Origin: an uncultured Pseudomonadota bacterium
Lineage (GTDB): Bacteria; Pseudomonadota; Alphaproteobacteria; JACZXZ01
Length of the DNA stretch: 64,000 bases
Assembly: GCA_963749075.1 (NCBI GenBank)
Contig: CAVVLJ010000016.1
Coordinates: 1,280,001 to 1,344,000 of the forward strand
Direction of reading: 5' to 3'
This document shows positions 20,500 to 30,329 of this stretch, piece by piece. Position numbers and translations under genes: made by a program. Below the pieces are notes generated by a model that was not told the origin of the DNA, ran no database searches, and saw only the letters and a program-made list of their open reading frames with translations. Each line of letters opens with the position of its first letter. Positions within the stretch are counted from its first letter, which is position 1.

Positions 20500-20694
20500 A
20501 TGCAAAAGCTCACCACGGCAGTCCAGCTCTTCCTGCGTGCACTCCGCTCGAAAGAGGGCGTCACGGCGATCGAGTACGGCCTCATCGCGGCTCTCATTGC
20601 CGTCGCGATCATCGGGGCCGTGACCGTTCTCGGCACCGACCTGACCGCGACCTTCAACATGGTCGCCGGCCACCTCGGCAACAGCCCGAGCTGA
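20500..20694 (+). CDS. Flp family type IVb pilin
   Basis: EG-VTAIEYGLIAALIAVAII prepilin cleavage/Flp motif; 64 aa. Confidence 0.92.
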   Translation: MQKLTTAVQLFLRALRSKEGVTAIEYGLIAALIAVAIIGAVTVLGTDLTATFNMVAGHLGNSPS

Positions 20695-20821
20695 GCGGCG
20701 GGCGGCAGAGAGACGCCGCGGCGCGCGGGCGCCGCCGGCACCCCGCGCGGCGGAGGGACTTCCCCGCGTGCGATCGGTAAAATGCGCGATTATTTCTTCC
20801 TTTCCTTTTGTCATATTCTTA

Positions 20822-22795
20822 TCAAAGTCGCATTTTTCTTCGCGCAACCAGCATTCGTTTGCGAAATCCGCGCAGCTCCAGCACGGCGCCGTCTTCGGCC
20901 GGCACGGCGATCCGCGTGCGCCCGCCTGCCCGCGGCACGGCATGCGAGGCCAACGGGCGCTCGTCGAGCAGCACGTCCAGGCGCTCGATGTTCTCGCTCG
21001 CGACCGCGACGATGGCCTCGCGCCCGCGCTCGAGGATTTCCGCCTGCAGCCCGTAGACCGCCTTGCCGGCAAGGATGCGCGCGGCGTGGCGGATGAGGTC
21101 GCGGTTTCCCGCCAGCACGTCGTCGCGCGTCATGCGGTGGACCTCGTCGGGGACGATGCCGAACTCCTCCACCTCGATGCCGGCATGGCGGCCGACCCTG
21201 AGCGAGCGCCGCAGGGCCACGCGCAGGCTCGCCCCCTTGGGCAGCGCGCGGAGCGACAGCCCGAAGCGGCTGCGGCCGCGCCCGCGATGGGCGAAAATCG
21301 CCTGCAGGAGCTCGTAGCTCCAGACGTTGGCGCCGCCGGCACCGGTGTTCCCGTCGGTTCCGAGGATCGTTCCGACCGCGTGGTCGCGGAAGCCGGCCGT
21401 GAAGATGTCCGTCGTGCTGTAGCAAAGCCCGTTGGTGACCAGCACGACCGGTCCGAAATAGCGCTGGCCGATGGCGTTGCAGGTGGCGGCGGAGTCGAGC
21501 GGGATGCCCGCCGAATAGGCGGCCCCGGTCTCGCCCGCGCGCGCGAGCGACGGCAGCCAGCGGCCGAGATGGTCGCTCGGGTCGAGCCGGCAGAGCGCCT
21601 GGCAGTGGCGCGTGTTGCGCAGCTGCAGCGGCTCGGGCTCGATCGCGCGCGGCGTCAGGAGCTGCAGAAGCCGCTCGCCGTTCGTGAGCACGCCGCCGCC
21701 GTTGTCGCGCACGTCGAGGATGAGGCCGCGCGGCGGCATCAGTTCGAGCAGACGCACGAATTCCGCGACGAAGCGTTCGCCCTCCTCGACGTTGAAGGTG
21801 CGCAGCCGGATATAGCCGAAGCGGCCGTCGGGCGTGTCGACCGGGTGCGCCTCGAAGACCGCCGGCATGGTGCTTTCGCCCCGCGCGAGCTTGGCGGCGG
21901 GGGCCCGCCTGCGCGCGAGCCTTTGCTCGGCCGCCGCCACCTGCGGCCGGTAGAGGAGCTTCTTGCTGTGGCGGAGCGCATCGCACTCCACGTCCATGGC
22001 GAGCGACATGGCCGTGGCGCGGACGGCGTCGTGGGCCGCGCCGAGCACGTCGCGGCGGGGTGCGAAGACGAGCCAGGGCAGCTCGATGCGGCGCACGCGC
22101 CCGCCGCCTGAGCGGTAGGCGACGCTCACGGCCTCCTCCTCCGGCGGCAGGGCGCGCATCATCGGACGGACGGTGAGCCGCTTGACGCCGCGGGCGCGGC
22201 GCGCCGCCTCGTTGCCGGCGGCGTTGATGCCGCCCACGCGCATGACCGCGCGCTCGATCGGGACCCAGTTCCAGCTCAGCACTTCGACGCCGCGGCGGAA
22301 GCTCGCGTGCCGGAAGCCCGGCAGGAGACTGGTCACGATGTACTTCCGCGCCCCGCCCTCGAAGCAGTCCTCGACCTCGAAGGGCAGGAAGGCGACCGCC
22401 CGGTTGTAGGGCAGCGGCAGGAAGTAGTTGGTGTGCAGATCGCGCAGCGAGAGGAAGACCTCCGTCATCTCCTGGTGGAAGGAGAGATCGCTCGGCAGCT
22501 CCCTGAGCCGCAGGCGGAGGAGCTCGAGCCGGCGCACGGGGTCGATGCCGTGCATGGCCTTCTTCATCGGCAGGTGGACGTAGAACTCCTCGAGCAGCAG
22601 CATGGCCTGGTCGACGATGCGCCGCCGCTCGGCGAGCGAAAGCGCCGCGGCGCGGGCGAGAAACCGCGGCAGCGTCACAGCATGCTTGAGGTGCGGCTTC
22701 ACCGCATCGTCGATATCGGCGAGATAGGGCGCCGCAAGCCCGCCGCGGCGCCTATCCTGGCGCGCGGCCTTGCCCCGGCCGGGCGGACGTGGCAT
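20822..22795 (-). CDS. S41 family peptidase (CPAF/tail-specific protease-like), no signal peptide
   Basis: LRDLHTNY, GYIRLRTF, LILDVRDNGGG, CYSTTDIF, GTDGNTGAGGAN, GIVPD. Confidence 0.8.
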   Translation of the reverse strand: MPRPPGRGKAARQDRRRGGLAAPYLADIDDAVKPHLKHAVTLPRFLARAAALSLAERRRIVDQAMLLLEEFYVHLPMKKAMHGIDPVRRLELLRLRLRELPSDLSFHQEMTEVFLSLRDLHTNYFLPLPYNRAVAFLPFEVEDCFEGGARKYIVTSLLPGFRHASFRRGVEVLSWNWVPIERAVMRVGGINAAGNEAARRARGVKRLTVRPMMRALPPEEEAVSVAYRSGGGRVRRIELPWLVFAPRRDVLGAAHDAVRATAMSLAMDVECDALRHSKKLLYRPQVAAAEQRLARRRAPAAKLARGESTMPAVFEAHPVDTPDGRFGYIRLRTFNVEEGERFVAEFVRLLELMPPRGLILDVRDNGGGVLTNGERLLQLLTPRAIEPEPLQLRNTRHCQALCRLDPSDHLGRWLPSLARAGETGAAYSAGIPLDSAATCNAIGQRYFGPVVLVTNGLCYSTTDIFTAGFRDHAVGTILGTDGNTGAGGANVWSYELLQAIFAHRGRGRSRFGLSLRALPKGASLRVALRRSLRVGRHAGIEVEEFGIVPDEVHRMTRDDVLAGNRDLIRHAARILAGKAVYGLQAEILERGREAIVAVASENIERLDVLLDERPLASHAVPRAGGRTRIAVPAEDGAVLELRGFRKRMLVARRKMRL

Positions 22796-23031
22796 GGCGT
22801 TCTCCCCTCCTGCAGCGACTCCGCCTCACGCCGGAGAGAGCCCTCTCAGCACCGCCCGGCCATCCACCATGGACGCGATCCGGGCGCGGGCGCGCGCTCT
22901 AGCGGCTCGCGATAGGTTCAGGGGAAAATTTTCTTAGATTTCCTAGTCCGGATCAAGCTATCCTCATAGAAAAGGTGAGCGTCTCCGCGCGACGCAGGCC
23001 AAGCGGAGTGCCGCAGGGGGCCGATAAAAAG

Positions 23032-26000
23032 GTGAGATGCGGCGGGTGCCATAGCGAGAACCCGGACGGCAATCGCTTTTGCGATCGCTGCGGCGCGCCC
23101 CTTGCGAGAGCCTGCGCCTCCTGCGGCTACGAGAACCGCGCGGAGGCCAAGTTCTGCGGCGGCTGCGGGCGCACCCTCGAGGCGGCAGCGCCGGGGGCAG
23201 CCGCGCACCCTCCGGCCGTGCGCGGGCTCTCGGCCGCCGACTACACGCCCCAGCATCTGGCGGCGCGCATTCTGAGCTCGCGCCTGACCCTTGCCGGCGA
23301 GCGCAAGCAAGTCACCGTGCTCTTTGCCGACATCCGCGGCTCGACCGAGCTCATCCACGGGCTCGATCCCGAGCAGGCGCTCGAGAGGCTCGATCCCGGG
23401 CTCAAGGCCATGATGGATGCCGTCCACCGCTACGAGGGCGTGGTGAGCCGGGTGCAGGGCGACGGCATCATGGCCCTCTTCGGCGCCCCGATCGCCCACG
23501 AGGACCACGCGGTGCGCGCCTGCCTCGCCGCCCGCGCCATGTTGGATTCGATCGCGCGGCTCGAGGGCAGCCCGCTGCGCATCAGGGTCGGCATGAACTC
23601 GGGCGAGGTGGTGGTGCGCTCGGTCGGCAACGATCTCTCGCTGGAATACGACGCCGTGGGCTTCACCGTGCATCTCGCCGCGCGCATGGAGCAGTTCGCC
23701 GCACCCGGCACCGCCTGCTTGAGCCCGAGCACGGTCAAGCTCGCGCGCGGCTTCGTCGAGGTGCGCTCGCTCGGCCTCCAAGACGTGAAGGGCATGACCG
23801 AGCCCGTCGAGATCTGCGAGCTCGTCGCCATCACCGGGCGCGCGCGCTGGGAGGTCAGGCTCGCCGGGCACAGCTTGAGCCGCTTCGTGGGCCGCAGCAC
23901 GGAAGTCGCGATCCTCGTCGATGCCATCAGGCGGACGGTCGCCGGGCGCGGCCAGATCGTCGCCGTCGTCGGCGAGCCGGGAGTGGGGAAATCCCGCCTG
24001 GTGCACGAATTCCTCGCCGCCGCACCGGCAAGCGATTGCGCCGTGCTGCGCGCGGGCGCCACGCCGCACGACCGCGACACCCCGTTCCTTCTCGCGGCCG
24101 AGCTGCTGCGCGCCTGGCTCGGCGTCGCCGGACGCGACAGCCAGGGCGAGATCGCAGGCAAGCTCGCGCGCGCCGTAGCGGAGATCGACGGCCAGCTGCT
24201 CGCGGCGCTGGCGCCGCTCAAGTCGCTCCTCGACCTGCCGACCGAGGACGCAGGCTGGGAGCGCCTCGACCCGCTGCTGCGGCGCCAGCGCGTGCGCGAC
24301 GCCTTTCGCCTGCTCATCCTCAAGGCGGCCGCGACGAAGCCGCTCATCCTCGTCGTCGAGGACCTGCATTGGGTGGACGGCGAGAGCGCTGCACTCCTCG
24401 ATGCCGTGGCCGCCGGGCTTGGCGCCGCTCGGCTTCTCCTCGTCGCGACCTTTCGTCCGGAATACCGCCACGGCTGGGCGGCGCACGGCTCTTTCTCGCT
24501 CGTGCGCGTCAATCCCCTCGAGGAGGCCGCCGCGGACGAGCTGCTGCGCTCGCTGTTCGGCGACGGCCAGGGGCTCGAGGCCCTGCGGCACCGCCTCATC
24601 GCGCGCTGCGAGGGCACGCCGCTTTTCCTCGAGGAGATGGTGCGGGCGCTCGTCGAGACCGGCGTGCTCGCGCGCGCGCGGCTCACGCGCAGCCTCGAGG
24701 AGGTCGTCATCCCCAACTCGGTGCAGGCCGTGCTGGCGGCGCGCATCGACCGCCTCTCCGCGGAGAACCGCAGCCTGCTGCAGATCGCCTCCGTGATCGG
24801 CAAGGACCTGCCGCTCGAGCTCTTGCAGGCCCTCACGGGCATGCCGGAGGAGCAGCTGCAGGTGCTGCTCGCCGATCTGTGCGCCGCCGAGTTTCTCTAC
24901 GAGGTCAACCTGCCGACCGGCACGGAATACACCTTCAAGCACGCGCTCACCCATGAGGTGGCCTACGAGGGCCTGCTGCTGGCGCGCCGGCGCGAGCTTC
25001 ACGCGCGCGTGGCCAAGGCCATGGCAGCGGCCTATCCCGACCGCCTCGACGAGCTCACCGAGCGCCTTGCCGACCACGCGCTCGCGGGCGAGCTGTGGGC
25101 CGAGGCGGTGGACTATTGCTTCAAGGCCGGACGCCGCGCCAACCAGCGCTCGGCCCACCGGGAGGCCATCGTCTATTTCCGCCGCGCGCTCGCGGCACTC
25201 GCGCACCGGCCCCAGGAGGGTGCTGCCATCGCTCAGGCGATCGACATCCGCCTCGGGCTGCGCATCGCACTCGCCGCCGCAGGAGAGCATCGCGAGATCA
25301 AGAGCGTGCTCGAGGAGGCCGAGGCCCTCGCCCAGTCGGTCGACGACCGGCCGCGGCTGGCGCTCGTCAAGAGCAGCAAATGCATCACCCTCACGATTCT
25401 CGGACCGGTGGACGAGGCGATCCCGGCCGGCCGGCTTGCCCTGGCGCTCGCCGAAGAGCTGCACGACGGCCCCACGCTTCTCAATGCCAGCTATGGACTC
25501 GGACAGGCCTATTGGTACCACGGCGATTTCGACGCGGCGATCGAGGTCCTCGCGCCCATCGCCGAGCGCCTGACCTCGGATCTCAAGCTCAGCTATGCCG
25601 GGACGACCGGCACCGCGGCGGTGCTTTGCCTGGGCTGCCTCGCCAACGCGTACAGCTTCGCGGGCCGCTTCGCGGAGGCCTTTGCCGCCGCCGCGGAGAC
25701 CATGGCGGCCGCCGAAGCGACCGGCCGCCCTTACGACGCGTGCTATGCACGCATCGCGCGCGGGCTCGCCTCGCTCACGCAAGGCGCGCTCGCGGCGGCG
25801 ATCGACGATTTCGAGGAGGCCCTGCGCATTTGCAGCAGCGCCGAAATCCGCCTGCTGGTGCCCGCCACGGTGCGCTATCTCGGCCGCGCCTATAGCCTCG
25901 TCGGGCGGCACCGCGAGGCCTCGGCGCTCGCCGCGGACGCGCTCGAGCTCTCGAAGTCGCAAGGCCTCGGCGCGCTGATCGCGTGGTGCGGCGCGGCGCT

Positions 26001-26397
26001 GGCCGAGGCGGAGCTCGCCGCCGGCCTCGGCGCGCGCGCCCGAGAGACGGCAACCGCCGCCCACGAGATGGCGCACCAGAACGGGTTTCGTCCCGTCGAG
26101 CTGCAATGCCTCAGGCTCCTCGGCGCGCTGCAAGCCGCGGGCGGCAACGAGGCGCTCGGCCGCGCGGAGGCCCATTACCGCGAGGCGCTGGCGCTCGGGC
26201 GGGCGATCGGCATGCGTCCCGAGCTCGCCCATTGCCATGCCGAGCTGGCCGGCGTGTTGCGCCAGGCCGGCCGCACCGCCGAAGCGGGACAAGAAGAGGC
26301 CGCGGCAATTGAGCTCTACCGCGCCATGGGGATGACGTGGTATATCGCTCGCGGAGAATTCGCTGGCGCTGCATCCGAGACTCCCGGTACAACCTGA
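23032..26397 (+). CDS. Double zinc ribbon + class III adenylate/guanylate cyclase + AAA/STAND ATPase + TPR protein
   Basis: Four CxxC; ERKQVTVLFADIRGST, GDGIMALFGAP, RVGMNSGEV; GEPGVGKSRL, VVEDLHWVD, GTPLFLEE; helical repeat C-terminus; start GTG 23032 or 22975. Confidence 0.9.
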   Translation: MRCGGCHSENPDGNRFCDRCGAPLARACASCGYENRAEAKFCGGCGRTLEAAAPGAAAHPPAVRGLSAADYTPQHLAARILSSRLTLAGERKQVTVLFADIRGSTELIHGLDPEQALERLDPGLKAMMDAVHRYEGVVSRVQGDGIMALFGAPIAHEDHAVRACLAARAMLDSIARLEGSPLRIRVGMNSGEVVVRSVGNDLSLEYDAVGFTVHLAARMEQFAAPGTACLSPSTVKLARGFVEVRSLGLQDVKGMTEPVEICELVAITGRARWEVRLAGHSLSRFVGRSTEVAILVDAIRRTVAGRGQIVAVVGEPGVGKSRLVHEFLAAAPASDCAVLRAGATPHDRDTPFLLAAELLRAWLGVAGRDSQGEIAGKLARAVAEIDGQLLAALAPLKSLLDLPTEDAGWERLDPLLRRQRVRDAFRLLILKAAATKPLILVVEDLHWVDGESAALLDAVAAGLGAARLLLVATFRPEYRHGWAAHGSFSLVRVNPLEEAAADELLRSLFGDGQGLEALRHRLIARCEGTPLFLEEMVRALVETGVLARARLTRSLEEVVIPNSVQAVLAARIDRLSAENRSLLQIASVIGKDLPLELLQALTGMPEEQLQVLLADLCAAEFLYEVNLPTGTEYTFKHALTHEVAYEGLLLARRRELHARVAKAMAAAYPDRLDELTERLADHALAGELWAEAVDYCFKAGRRANQRSAHREAIVYFRRALAALAHRPQEGAAIAQAIDIRLGLRIALAAAGEHREIKSVLEEAEALAQSVDDRPRLALVKSSKCITLTILGPVDEAIPAGRLALALAEELHDGPTLLNASYGLGQAYWYHGDFDAAIEVLAPIAERLTSDLKLSYAGTTGTAAVLCLGCLANAYSFAGRFAEAFAAAAETMAAAEATGRPYDACYARIARGLASLTQGALAAAIDDFEEALRICSSAEIRLLVPATVRYLGRAYSLVGRHREASALAADALELSKSQGLGALIAWCGAALAEAELAAGLGARARETATAAHEMAHQNGFRPVELQCLRLLGALQAAGGNEALGRAEAHYREALALGRAIGMRPELAHCHAELAGVLRQAGRTAEAGQEEAAAIELYRAMGMTWYIARGEFAGAASETPGTT

Positions 26398-26481
26398 CGT
26401 AGCCGGGGGCAAGGGCGCACCGAGCGAAATCCGGGGGGTCGCCCGCCATGACCCGCCGGCATCGAGCAAAGGGAGATCAAC

Positions 26482-26718
26482 ATGGCGAAGGCAATAACGA
26501 TCAAGCATATGGCGAGCGTCCTGGCCAAGGCGTCGCGGGATGCGAACTTCAAGAAGAAGCTGATGTTGGCCCCGGCGAAGACGCTCAAGGAGCACGGCTA
26601 CGAGCCGCACAAGGAGGCCGTCGCGGTCATCAAGTCGCTCAAGCACAAGAGCTTCGGCGCCGCGCCCAAGAAGCGCAAGAAGCGCGATTCTCACGCCTCG
26701 AGCGCCGCGGAGAGCTAA
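26482..26718 (+). CDS. Putative RiPP precursor with NHLP-clan leader (78 aa, Lys-rich)
   Basis: VLAKASRDANFKKKLMLAPAKTLKEHGY matches the NHLP leader pattern (A..D..F+..L...P...L...G); GGAG RBS; 8 bp upstream of the rSAM gene. Confidence 0.75.
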   Translation: MAKAITIKHMASVLAKASRDANFKKKLMLAPAKTLKEHGYEPHKEAVAVIKSLKHKSFGAAPKKRKKRDSHASSAAES

Positions 26719-26726
26719 GACCCGAC

Positions 26727-28724
26727 ATGACGCGGCCGGCGAGAGTCCTTCTCGTCTCGATGCCGCTGTCGGCGCCGCATTATCCCAGCATGGGCCTGAG
26801 CCTGCTCAAGCCCGCGCTGGAGCGCGCGGGACTCGCCTGCGAGATCCGCTATTTCTCGCTCGATTACGTCGACCGGCTCGGCGCCGACGCGCACGACTGC
26901 CTGACCGACCCGCGCTATTACATGGCGCACGTCGGCGAATGGGTGTTTGCCGCGGCGGCGCACGACGGAGTGCCGCGCGACGACGGCCTCGGCTTCTTCA
27001 CCGAGTACTTCCAGAAGGCCTACGCCGAGCACTATACGCCGGCGCGGCTCATGACGTTCCTCGCGGCGCGCGAGGAAGCGGCGGACTTCATCGAGCGCTG
27101 CCTCGACGAGGTGGACGGCGCTCGATACGCCATGGTCGGCTTCGGCTCGGCCTTTCAGCAGAACATGGCCTCGCTGGCGCTGGCGCGCCGGCTCAAGGCG
27201 CGCTATCCGCATCTCGCCATCGTCTTCGGCGGCACCAACTGCCAGGGCGACATGGGCGCCGAGCTCCACCGCCGCTACCCCTTCATCGACGCGGTCTGCC
27301 TGGGCGAGGGCGATCTCGTCTTCCCCGAGTTCGCGCGGCGCCGGCTCGCGGGCGAGGACTGCGCCGGCATGGCGGGAATGGCGGTGAGACGCGCCGGCGA
27401 GAGCGTCGTGCCGAGCCGCATGACGGTGCCCGTCGAGGACATGGACGCCCTCCCCTACCCCGACTTCGCGGAGTTCTTCGCGCAGCACGCGGGCTCGCCT
27501 ATCGCGCGGCGCTATTATCCGCCGGCGGCGGTGTTCGAGACCTCGCGCGGCTGCTGGTGGGGGGCGAAGCACCATTGCACCTTCTGCGGCCTCAACGCCC
27601 TCACCCTCGCCTATCGCAGCAAATCCCAGGCGCGCGCCTACGACGAGCTCGCCTATCTCGCCCAGCGCTACGGCAGCAACCTCGCCAACGCCGACCTCAT
27701 CCTCGATCAGCGCTATTTCGAGGAGTTCATCCCCCGCCTCGCCGAGGAGGGACCCGAGGTGACGATCTATTACGAGATGAAGGCGAACCTGAAGCCCGAG
27801 CAGCTCGTGCTGCTCTCACGCGCGGGCATCAAGAAGATCCAGCCCGGCCTCGAGTTCCTCTCGAGCGGCATCCTCAAGCTGATCGACAAGGGCTGCTCGA
27901 TGCTGCAGAACGTGCAGACCCTCAAGCTCGCCGCCGAGTGCGGCATCTACGTCGAGTGGCTGGCGCTCCACGGCATTCCCGGCGAGACGCCCGAGCAGTA
28001 CCTGCGCATGGCACAGCTCATCCCGAAGCTCAGGCACCTGCAGCCGCCGAGCGGCTTCATCCCCGCCCGCGCCGACCGCTTCAGCCCCTATTTCTACCGC
28101 CCCGAGGCTTACGGCGTGGCGCTCGAGCCGGCGCCCGTCTACCGCTTCATCTATCCCTTCGAGGAGGCGAGCCTGCGCCAGCTCGCCTACCATTTCGACA
28201 TGCGCTCCCCTGCCCTCGCGCGGCTCGCCGAGTACACGCGTCCCGCCGCGAAGCAATATCGCATCTGGCAGCAGCGCTGGCAGGCGAGCGCGCTCACCGC
28301 GGAGGAGCTCGGCGACGCCATCGCGATCTCGGACGAGCGCCCGGCCAGGGCCAAGAGGAGCTGGATCCTGCGCGGCGCCGAGGCGGCGATCCTCGGCCTC
28401 GCCTGGAAGATCGCGGCGCGCCACGCCATCGAGAAGACGGTGGCCGGGCGCTTCGGCGCTGAGGCGACGGCCCGCGCACTCAAGTCCCTCATCGCCCGCG
28501 GCCTCCTCCTGCAGGAGGGCGAGCAGTTCCTGGCGCTGCCGCTCCGCCAGCCGGGCCACCGGCGGGCGCCGACGTGGGAGGAGATCCGCAGCGCGCGCAC
28601 GACGCCCTATCTTTTGCGCGGATACCGGCGGCGCGGCCCGCGCATGCCTCTGCGCGCGGCAATGGACGGCGAGGCCTCGCTCGTCGGCGTCAGCGGCGAT
28701 GGAGCTGTCGGCGATAGACCTTGA
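26727..28724 (+). CDS. RiPP maturation B12-dependent radical SAM protein (TIGR03975-like, putative C-methyltransferase)
   Basis: VLLVSMP, PSMGLSLLK, GEWVF, FQQNMASLALA, FGGTNC, GEGD, LPYPDF, ETSRGCWWGAKHHCTFCGLN (Cx7Cx2C), YEMKANL, IQPGLE, DRFSPYF. Confidence 0.88.
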   Translation: MTRPARVLLVSMPLSAPHYPSMGLSLLKPALERAGLACEIRYFSLDYVDRLGADAHDCLTDPRYYMAHVGEWVFAAAAHDGVPRDDGLGFFTEYFQKAYAEHYTPARLMTFLAAREEAADFIERCLDEVDGARYAMVGFGSAFQQNMASLALARRLKARYPHLAIVFGGTNCQGDMGAELHRRYPFIDAVCLGEGDLVFPEFARRRLAGEDCAGMAGMAVRRAGESVVPSRMTVPVEDMDALPYPDFAEFFAQHAGSPIARRYYPPAAVFETSRGCWWGAKHHCTFCGLNALTLAYRSKSQARAYDELAYLAQRYGSNLANADLILDQRYFEEFIPRLAEEGPEVTIYYEMKANLKPEQLVLLSRAGIKKIQPGLEFLSSGILKLIDKGCSMLQNVQTLKLAAECGIYVEWLALHGIPGETPEQYLRMAQLIPKLRHLQPPSGFIPARADRFSPYFYRPEAYGVALEPAPVYRFIYPFEEASLRQLAYHFDMRSPALARLAEYTRPAAKQYRIWQQRWQASALTAEELGDAIAISDERPARAKRSWILRGAEAAILGLAWKIAARHAIEKTVAGRFGAEATARALKSLIARGLLLQEGEQFLALPLRQPGHRRAPTWEEIRSARTTPYLLRGYRRRGPRMPLRAAMDGEASLVGVSGDGAVGDRP

Positions 28725-28821
28725 CGGGGGCGGCGGTTCGGACTTAGGTCAATCACCCTCAACCGCAGCTTCCCCGCAAGGACAAGGCGACAGCCCCGCC
28801 TCAACGCCCCGCCTGATTGCA

Positions 28822-30297
28822 ATGAGCAGCAACTCCCACTCGCCCGGAACGTGCTGGCGCCCGGCTACGTTGGCCGTGCTAGCACTCCTCCTCTCCGCCT
28901 GCACGCTAGGCCCGGACTTCGTGCCCCCGGCCGCCCCCGCCGCCACGCGCTACACGAGCAAGGCTCCGTCCCAGGCGGCGGCCGCAGCCGCAGCACAGCG
29001 CGTCGTGCCCGGCAACAAGGTGACATCCGAGTGGTGGAAGGAGTTCCATTCGGCCGCGCTCGACGATGCGGTCGCTGAGGCCATCAAGGACAACCGCACA
29101 CTGGCGGCCACCCGTGCCACGCTCGCGCAAGCCGAGGAGGCCGTCAACGCGGCGGCGGCGGCGCTCTACCCTCAAGTCGACTTGCCGGCGACCGCCGGCG
29201 CCCAGAAATTCGGCGCCGCCCAATTGGGAACCACGGCCGTGCCGCCGACCTTCGGCTTTCTCACCGTCGGGCCCATGGTGAGCTATGCCCTCGACATCTT
29301 CGGTGGCACGAAGCGGCGCATCGAGGGCCAGGCGGCACTCGCCCAGTACCAGGGCTATCAGCTCGCCGCGGCGCGCCTCACGCTCAGCGGGCGCGTCGTG
29401 CTGCAGGCGCTCGCCGTCGCCTCGGCGCGCGCGCAGACGAAAGCGGTCGAGGACATTCTTGCCGACGACGAAAAGAACCTGAGCCTGGTGCAGACCGCGC
29501 GCGCGGCAGGGGCGGTGTCCGACGTGGACGTGCTGAGTGCCGAAAGCCAGCTCGCCAACGACCGCACGCTCCTCCCGCCGCTCAATCAGCAGCTCAGCGC
29601 GGCGCGCCACGCGCTTGCCGTTCTCGTCGGCAAGGCGCCCTCCGAGTGGACGCCGCCGGACTTCGAGCTTGGCCGGCTCGCCCTTCCCGCCGAGCTTCCC
29701 TTGAGCCTGCCCTCCGAGCTCGTCCACGAGCGGCCGGACATCATGGCCGCCGAGGCGCAGCTCCACGCGGCAAGTGCCGGCATCGGCGTCGCCACGGCAA
29801 ACCTCTATCCGCAGATCACGCTGGACGCCGCCCTCGGCCAGCAGGCGCTCGACCCGGGCCACCTCTTCGGTCCGGCCAGCACGGCATGGAACATCGGCGG
29901 AGGCCTCGCCGCCCCGCTCTTTCACGGCGGAGCACTCGAGGCCGAGCGGCGCGCGGCAATCGCCGCCTACGAGGCCGCCCTCGCGGATTACGAGGAGACC
30001 GTGCTGCAGTCCTTCGCCCAGGTCGCCGATACGCTGCGCGCGCTCGAGCATGACGCCGAGGAGCTGGCGGCGCAGAAGCACGCGTTCGACTCCGCGGAGG
30101 CCTCCTTGCGGCTCACGCGCATCAGCTACAGCGCGGGCAACTCCGGCATCCTGCAAGTGCTCGATGCGGAGCGCCTCGACCAGCAGGCGCGCCTCGGCTA
30201 TGTGCGCGCCGACGTTCAGCGCTATGTCGACACCGCCGGTCTCTACCTGGCACTCGGCGGTGCCGCGCTCTCGGCGCCCGCCGCTGCGGCCAAGTGA
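28822..30297 (+). CDS. NodT/OprM family efflux outer-membrane lipoprotein
   Basis: Lipobox LSAC-TLGPDF, WWKEF, LPSELVHERPDIMAAE, IGVATANLYP, LYLALGG. Confidence 0.9.
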   Translation: MSSNSHSPGTCWRPATLAVLALLLSACTLGPDFVPPAAPAATRYTSKAPSQAAAAAAAQRVVPGNKVTSEWWKEFHSAALDDAVAEAIKDNRTLAATRATLAQAEEAVNAAAAALYPQVDLPATAGAQKFGAAQLGTTAVPPTFGFLTVGPMVSYALDIFGGTKRRIEGQAALAQYQGYQLAAARLTLSGRVVLQALAVASARAQTKAVEDILADDEKNLSLVQTARAAGAVSDVDVLSAESQLANDRTLLPPLNQQLSAARHALAVLVGKAPSEWTPPDFELGRLALPAELPLSLPSELVHERPDIMAAEAQLHAASAGIGVATANLYPQITLDAALGQQALDPGHLFGPASTAWNIGGGLAAPLFHGGALEAERRAAIAAYEAALADYEETVLQSFAQVADTLRALEHDAEELAAQKHAFDSAEASLRLTRISYSAGNSGILQVLDAERLDQQARLGYVRADVQRYVDTAGLYLALGGAALSAPAAAAK

Positions 30298-30329
30298 CGC
30301 GCCGGCAGCCGAGCGGCGCCCGCCGCCGC

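Noticed and set aside
26400-26480. Possible riboswitch upstream of the RiPP precursor
   Set aside because: Short and GC-rich; could not be matched to a known aptamer by eye; needs an Rfam/Infernal search
22918-26694. 1258-aa minus-strand ORF
   Set aside because: Antisense to the cyclase-STAND gene, which has clear motifs
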